Part shown: in pieces, positions 56,640 through 64,000 of the stretch | How positions within the stretch are numbered: position 1 is the stretch's first letter | Layout: each line of letters opens with the position of its first letter | From: Eledone cirrhosa | Lineage: Eukaryota | Reading direction: 5' to 3' | Assembly: GCA_964016885.1 (NCBI GenBank) | Contig: OZ024743.1 | Location: 155,496,001 to 155,560,000 of the forward strand | Length of the DNA: 64,000 nucleotides | Notes under the pieces: generated by a model | What the model was told of the DNA's origin: nothing | What the model saw: only the letters and a program-made list of their open reading frames with translations | The model's database searches: none | Program-made: the position numbers and the translations under genes

Positions 56640-57380
56640 TATGAGCTGGAAATCAAGTGTGATTTCATGTGTGGGCAACTGCAGAAAATGTCTGTTATTG
56701 TATTTAGGCAGGATCTTGGTGATTTTTGGTTCTGTAAAATCCAATATTTTTCACTTATGCAGAGTGTGCATCTTCATGTTCCTCTTGCATATTCTTTAGA
56801 TTGGTTCAAAATTGACCAATCCGATTTATATTGGATACCTTGGTCTTTCAAATCCCATATTCTTCTAGCCAGAGCTGTTGTAAATATTTTTTCCGGATGT
56901 CGGAAAGATGCGACATGTGCGTAATAACGCGTTTTGAATTTGTATTGTGTCATACCCACATATCGTTCGCTGGTGGCTGGTAGGTTGTTGCTGATGGTTG
57001 TCACTTTAGCCGCATATACAATGGCTAAGGTGTTGCATTTACCTTGTAATGGGCATTCACTTTTGACTCTACAGAAGCAATGTTGATGTTCTCTGGGTGT
57101 TTTCATATGATTTAATAGGGGGACCGCAGGAGTAGCTAATTTTGACACAGTTTCTAGTGAAGATCTTATAGTATATATGTGTTCTAGGGAAATGTTTATC
57201 TAAGAGCTCTAGGAATGTTTTGCCTACATTAGTTTTAACTGCTAGAGAGTATGGTGGTGTGAACCAGATTATTTTTCTTTTCCTATTATTATGTTTAACG
57301 GAGTTAGTATTGTGGGGTATATACTTAATCGGTTCGCTAAATCCGCTATTTTGAAGGGCTTTATTTCAACGGAAACTTCA
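56640..57380 (-). mobile_element. Hydra-clade-like PLE 3' fragment
   Basis: CFCRVKSECPLQGKCNTLAIVY...YVGMTQYKFK. Confidence 0.82.
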
Positions 57381-57419
57381 ATACATATATATATATATAT
57401 ATATATATATGCAGAAGTT

Positions 57420-57536
57420 ACATTTAATTTGTTGGGATTCAACAAGCTTAAAAGTTTTATAACTGATATAAAGTACTCAACAAGCAACTGGAGTAAATAT
57501 CCAATATATTAATAAATGGAAACTATATTTATAAAA

Positions 57537-57540
<4 letters not shown>
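57420..57540 (-). repeat. 3' part of the family A element, truncated before the HHR, between (TA)n runs
   Basis: Matches ~62070-62155 and the reverse complement of ~28195-28310. Confidence 0.7.
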
Positions 57541-57569
<29 letters not shown>

Positions 57570-57570
<1 letters not shown>

Positions 57571-57900
57571 CCTCGAAGGACAGAGATCAGCGGCCATAAT
57601 GTGAGTCGACTCGACACGAAGGGAGGAAGAGAATATAGGGAGAAGAAAAATAATGTATGAGAGTGAACAGGTCAAAGATATTAAATAATGCTCTTCCCAT
57701 CTCAACATCCTGCAGTTTCGACGAATTGCTGAGATTAATGCGGGGAATGGGAGGCTCGTAATGGAGCAACAAATATCTTTGTTAATAAAATATTTGTGTT
57801 TGGACACGTTAGAGAGAGAAGGAAAGAGGAAATGCATCTGATCAACCCCATTTCGTCGCGAGAAAGGAAAATTATTGGCGTAAGTATAGCTGGACTGTAG
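57570..57900 (-). mobile_element. Possible old PLE GIY-YIG remnant
   Basis: Weak LIRCIS...QDVEMG similarity; heavily decayed. Confidence 0.35.
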
Positions 57901-58394
57901 CAGGGAGAGAGAGGGAGGAAGTATGTGGCAATGGGAGGGAGAAAATTGAGGGAGCAGTGAGAGAGAATGAAGCGAAAGAAGAATGAAATATCTCTCTCAA
58001 TACAAACATATGTATATGTGGGTGTCTGTGTGAGCGCGCTCGCGCGTGTATGTGTGTATGTTCAAATCACAAGGGAGTGAAACCGGCAGGATTAAGAAAA
58101 TATTGACTAAAGACGGAACGGTGCATATAACTCAATTAAAATTATAAATCGAGATATACAAACCTACTGAGATATCTTTCAACATCCAGATAGCTTTTGA
58201 TTAAAACTGTTTCAATTGAGTTGCTTCTGCTTTCAAACTTACATTTAAACGCTTTCTTGAATTGGAAACATAACGTTGCTAATCATGGTAGAGGTGCGAC
58301 ATTAATATTATCGCCGGCGCCGCCACAAACACTACAACTTTTGATTGACTCAGGGTTTCCTCTCTTGGTGTGTGTTAATATAAAATTATGACGC

Positions 58395-58680
58395 CTCTCA
58401 TGTAGTATGGTGGTCATTGCTGTTCCTTCTCGAACAGATCCAGTTGGAACTATTTCATGCTTCCTCAGATATTGCCTTTAGGATTTTGCTCCGAGTCTTC
58501 ACATAGCCTGAAAGTTGTTTCATGAGATTGTAGGCAAAGTTGCCCAAACAGCCTCTGCATCCAACCTCTCCATTGACAGCGTTGACGCGGAAGATGACTT
58601 CCCGCAGACTTTTGACTAATATGGCACATGTTTCAGTCATGAATACCTGTCCTCCTTCTAATCTACATTAAAATGTAACG
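58395..58680 (-). mobile_element. RLE-type non-LTR retrotransposon 3' fragment
   Basis: EVGCRG motif typical of the RLE C-terminus. Confidence 0.55.
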
Positions 58681-58929
58681 GTATGTTCAATAAGAATCAG
58701 CTATTTGATGAACTGTAATGAAGTAAACTATATAGGCACAGAATATCTAGGCTCAAATGTCATTTTTTAATCCATAATCCATTTATAATGTATAAATGAC
58801 AGTTCAGAGTATAATCGAATTGGTAAGCTTCTAATCACAGTAGTTTTAAATTATCATAATGCATATATATATAAAGGAATAAAATAGCTAGGATTAAATG
58901 AAATTAAATCATTAAATTGAGTGACGAAC

Positions 58930-59340
58930 GTTTGATTGGAATGGGTCTGTAAATGCAGGTATGTGTATCTATATAAATATGTATTCCCCCACCCAAAAAT
59001 GCATAGGAAAAATTGAAGATTTCCTAGATACATCTAATCCACAAAATAAAACGCTACTTTTAGGGGACTTCAACGCACACCATCCATTTTGGAATACTAA
59101 AGTTAACAAAAACAACATAAAAGAAGAAGAATATCTATTATAGGTCATGATTAAACGCAATTTTATTCTATATAAAGTACCAGACTCCCCTACCTACAGA
59201 TATTTTAACATCAGAACCTAAACAATAGACCATTTGTGGTCTTCTCTCCCAGTCTCTCCGTTCATATAAAACTGTGAATTAGCCACAATATGGATCTAGT
59301 GTCGGATCATGCCACCAATACCTTTAAAATAGCAAGTCCC
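58930..59340 (+). mobile_element. LINE APE endonuclease fragment
   Basis: NMYSP...LLLGDFNAHHPFW. Confidence 0.65.
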
Positions 59341-59819
59341 TCCTATTATTGAATACGAACTACTAGCATTTAAGAATGATGTAAAAATAGAAACAGCCAC
59401 ACGCCCAGATGGATATCCAATTTAATCATCAATAAATGTTAACATTATATAGTTCTAAGTTGTATAGTGTTTAAATATCATACGGTATTTATCGCCAACA
59501 GGGAAGTGGAGGTAAATGAGGACTAGCAATTGTTTTACTTGCATAAGATTTTAAATTAAGCTTCGAAAGGTTTTGCGAAGCATATAAGGTTTTTTATGTA
59601 TAGATCTGAAGAGAAAGTGATTTTATTCAGAGAAGTCACTGTTGCGTTGTGTTAAATTATAATAGGGTGCTACTCTATCAACGATTGTTTTGCTAGACGG
59701 GAGGTTGGATACCCTCATACTAATGTTACAGATAAGACGGTTTAGTTCAATTAGTCATATCTCCCTGCATGGAAACCCTCCTTCTTAACAACGGTGACCT
59801 ATGGATAAAGAAATTCCCT

Positions 59820-60950
59820 ATCAACAACCCATTTCATGTGCCAATGGGATCATTATATGCGATTTGGTAAGGTAGGCCTACTTAATTTAGAGACAATACA
59901 AGCAAATTCCTAACTTTCATACGGGACTATATCGTGATGACGATCAGGCACTATCGAGCTGCCAATGAGGCCATGGCATTGACACCTTTACAAAAAACCT
60001 AATCACCAACTTCAATAGCTTTGAATTAAAAATTACGATAGCCAGCAAACTCACAATCATTAACTTCCTAGACCTCGATTTAGACCTAATTTAAACCATT
60101 CCACAATCCAGTGAGGGACCTAAATACACCCATAAGGACTGTAGCCAAACCCTATAGTTTTTAAAAATCTTGTCAATAACATTAGTAAGTTGGTATAGCA
60201 CCTCTTGTCTAGCAAAGTCATATTTGATAGGGCAATATGCACAAATCAACAGCGGCTTCTCTGAAAAAGTCACTTATTCACCTGATTGCTGCCTTGACAT
60301 GAATATGACATTGGTTCGTACTACCTTTCGCACTTAATGTGAAAACTAATGTAGATTAAAAAGTTCCTGAACCTCCTGACATCCACTTCCAAAAATACCG
60401 AGAGACTTTCAATGGCCATACAGGGAAAATAGGCTACTCGTGTACTAATAACGTTAAATTTCACAACACCGGTAAACGGAGAAGCCCTTCACCGAACGGA
60501 TGCTCATACTGAAGATCAGAGACATGTGTGCTAGACCAACAATGCAACACTCCGGCGGTGATATATCAAGCAGAATTTACACCCACCAACCAGAACTACC
60601 AAACTGAAGCCTGGAACAGTGATGAAATGACCAAGGCCGGTTTAAAAACAGGTACCTGGACTATGACAACCTTCAGTATCTTGACAAAAACATGCCACCC
60701 AGCTCGCGAAGCATATATGGATCCTTGAAAAAAATGACACATTTTCCATCAAATGTGTAGTATATTAGAAAGATACATATGCTATATTAATGGGACGAAA
60801 TTATGCCGCCTTTCTGTGTCGGAAAAATGGAATATACTCTCTCAACTAGCTTCAGAAAAACACAGCTTAAATACACGAGGTGACAGATTCAACGGCTGTC
60901 CACACGAAAAAAATTATGTGCTAAATAAATGGTTTAGTCCTGATTAACTA
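59820..60950 (+). mobile_element. Old Hydra-clade-like PLE fragment
   Basis: GLYRDD, NFLDLDL, AVIYQA and CPH remnants. Confidence 0.7.
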
Positions 60951-61209
60951 GTGCTGATATCAAGGAATATACTTTCTTTCAACTACGGACTAATATGTAT
61001 GGTAAGGAATTTGGATTCTTTCAGTTAACTTAACAACATTTTTTTCCTTATTCCGGACATTAGCTTTGCAACATTGAACCATTCAAATAATTCTGCTTAT
61101 CACTATTTATAACTTTTTTTCCGAAATGAATTCTCTTTATTAATGCTTCAGACTTAATTGATTCTCTTAGTGAAGAGAAATCAATAAGAATCAATCATTG
61201 AGTATTCCA

Positions 61210-61958
61210 AATATCAGCGCCATATTCCGGCTGACGCTTGAGCCTTAAACATTTGGGGTTTTGGAGGCGTCGGGTGATGCCATTTCATGGAGTGCCATTT
61301 TAACTCAGGTTCATGATGAATCCAGGTTTCTAAAGAACATGTTGTCTCTTTGACTGAATCCAAGGAGTGCAGTTGTTAAACATTTTAGAATTGTGCTCAA
61401 CTTTCATTTGTCTTGGTACCCAAATGGCCACAGCCTTTTGAAAACCCAAGTGAGTCAACAATGCTGCGAGTACTACCATGACTTACTTCAAGCTCCAATG
61501 GCAACTAATCAAGCGTTATGCGACTATCAGCTCTGGTTAAAGCATCTGCTTTTGCTTTGTAGGCAGGGTTGACAGAAGTTGAGGGTGGCCTTGAAGGTGC
61601 TTGCCACGTGAGCTTGCAGTTCCCAACCTTTCATTTCCATTCAGACAACGTGGTCATCTACGCACTTTACTAAAGACTAGGCGTCACATTTATGTACAAT
61701 TTTTTTGTCTATTGTGAATGGTCACAGGTTTTATCTTTCAGCAACAAATAATTAAATTAGTGTTCTTCGCTGAAACGTACTCCAAGGTTGCGGCCATCTT
61801 AAAATCAACTCACTCAACATATTCAAATCTGAGAAAACAAAATGAGATAATCTAGTCTCAGGAAAATATGTTTCTTTAACTTTGTGTCAAATGTCAACTC
61901 CTATCAAACAAATTATCTTGTTATGATAAAAAAATCATTACGTTATGAATGGCCCTCG
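61210..61958 (-). mobile_element. Mariner-type DNA transposon, 5' half
   Basis: TA|CGAGGG terminus at 61958; WVPR motif and ETWIHHEPE..SMKWHHPTPPKPQMFK. Confidence 0.8.
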
Positions 61959-61979
61959 TATATATATATGTATATATAT

Positions 61980-62028
<49 letters not shown>

Positions 62029-62158
62029 GAAATTATATTTAAATTGTTGTGATACAAGAAGCCAAATATTTTTATAACTGATATAAAGCACTCAACAAAT
62101 TATTGGAGTAAAAATACGATATACTAACAAATGGAAACTATATTTAAAAAAACATATT

Positions 62159-62222
62159 TATTCATTATACATATTTCAAGGACACCAAGTCAAATTGTGG
62201 TGCGCATTCATCAGATAAAATA
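62159..62222 (-). ncRNA. Minimal type I hammerhead, family A (within element ~62065-62260)
   Basis: tattttat-CTGATGA-..cacca..tggtg..-GAAA-tatgta-TA-atgaa. Confidence 0.7.
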
Positions 62223-62269
62223 TAATATCGATCAGTTTTATAAATAAATATTGACTTACCCTTAAATAA

Positions 62270-62322
62270 CTGTTTCTACTTCAGGCACAAGGCCAGCAAT
62301 TACCCAGTGCATTACTGGTAAT
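62270..62322 (-). mobile_element. SINE 3' fragment
   Basis: ggcacaaggccagcaattacccagtgcattactggta. Confidence 0.6.
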
Positions 62323-62699
62323 AATGCGACCATTTCTGTTGGAATCCCCCGGATAGTGGGGTCATTAAATTTATTTAGTCTATTATGCAGATTAGTGTCG
62401 GATATGTTTAAATCACAGTAGATTTAAAATAGGCCGCTGGAGTGAGGAAAAAGAAAAAAAGGAAAAGAGAAAGAAAAAGAGAAAAAAAGAGCAATCTCTA
62501 AGAAGAAAAGAAGAAAACAAAAGAAAGAGAAAAAGAAAGAGAAAGCCCTAAGTAATAGGTTCTTGTATTAACGTAAATTTTAAGATGAAGCGAAAAAATA
62601 AATATTTATTGGATGAGTTAGGCAGTGTAAATAAGCGTGAATAGAAGATAAATGAATAATAATAACCGGAGAATGTTATCTAATGTTTAAATTTGATTA

Positions 62700-64000
62700 A
62701 ATGTTTAGTTTATCAATTAAATTATCAATTAAATTATTGAGATCTATACATTAAAAAATGAGATCTATATATTAATAAAATCTATATATTATTAAAAAAT
62801 CGATATATTATATACGACAAAATAAGGAATTATCTTATTTAAAATTATGGAAAGGAACTAATGAAGTTATCGAATGGTTTAAGGAAATTAAATATAACTA
62901 TAATAATAAGTTTATTCAATTGGATATAAATACTCCTAATCTACTTAATAAAGCACTAACATATGCATTTAAACATACAGATTTAACTAGTAATGAAATA
63001 CACATTATCTTAGCAGCACGGAAAACATTAATTGAATTTAATAACCAACTCTGGACTAGAGCAGATAGAAATAATAATTTCGATATCACTATGGAGTCAT
63101 CCGATTCCGCTCAGGTAACGGATATTGTGGGGCTTTTTATAAATAATTTTCTACATAGAAAAATACCGGAGATGACCGGAGGTTTATATCGCGACGATAT
63201 CCTATTACTTATCGAAAATAATAACTGTGAATTAAAGAAATTATACAATTTTTTAATTACCTTAATCTAAAAGTAGAATTAGAGAATAACCATAAAATAG
63301 TTAATTTTCTAGATGTTAAACCTTAACACATGTCTTCATTATCCATTTCACAAACTAAACTAGAACTTAAACTACGTTAATTTTAACTCTAATCACCCCA
63401 GATCCGTTAAAAATTCTATAGTGAATTCTGTACAGCAACGTATTTCTAGAATTTCAGCTAATAGGAATATATTTGATGATAAAGCACATTATTACAACGA
63501 AGCGTTAGATAGAGCTGGATATAGAAAATAAAATTAAATGCATTGATAAGAATAATAATATAACAACTAACCATAATCTTAACAATTTTAACAACTATAC
63601 TAGAAAACCTTACAATGATTCGGAAAACAAAAAAAGAAATAGAACTAGGAATATAATATGGTTCGCTCCTCCTTTCTCATTAAATAATAAAACTCCTATT
63701 GCTAAACTATTCTTTAAAGCTCTTGACAAATGCTTCCCCAGAACACATAGATATTTCTCAATATTTAATAGATATACTATAAAATTAACTTATTCAAGCA
63801 CCAATAATTTAGCGCAGAATATTAATAGAATTAATAATAGAAACATAAAACCTAACCAAAATACCACTAACAACCCCAGCAATATCAAATTTAATAATAC
63901 AGCTCCTAGTAACTTGAATTTTGATAAATGTGACTGTAGAAATAAATCTAACTGTCCATTAAATAACAATTGTTTAGCTAAAAATATAATATATAATTGT
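62700..64000 (+). mobile_element. AT-rich Hydra-clade-like PLE, decayed, running off the window end
   Basis: FDITMESSDSAQVTDIVG, GLYRDD, WFAPPFS, CDCRNKSNCPL. Confidence 0.82.

Overview
AT-rich, (TA)n/(CA)n-saturated eukaryotic intergenic or intronic DNA, probably from an octopod cephalopod (inferred from the tRNA-derived SINE family and repeat content). No host protein-coding gene can be supported. Most of the window is mobile DNA: an R4/Dong-type LINE tandem, a decayed autonomous Helitron and a non-autonomous one, a CR1-type LINE, RTE/Tx1/RLE/APE fragments, a mariner fragment, 7 SINE copies and about 11 Penelope-like element (PLE) copies. The most interesting signals, all read by eye: (1) a GIY-YIG-containing PLE with two overlapping ORFs joined by an in-phase U-UUU-UUA -1 slippery site; (2) a near-intact PLE with a C-terminal endonuclease and a ~70-aa insertion at the telomerase IFD position of the RT fingers; (3) about 8 families of hammerhead ribozyme (HHR), each with its own palindromic stem III, found in pseudo-LTRs, fold-back palindromes in (TA)n and a 441-bp tandem retrozyme-like repeat. 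No searches or folding programs were run, so boundaries of decayed elements are approximate.
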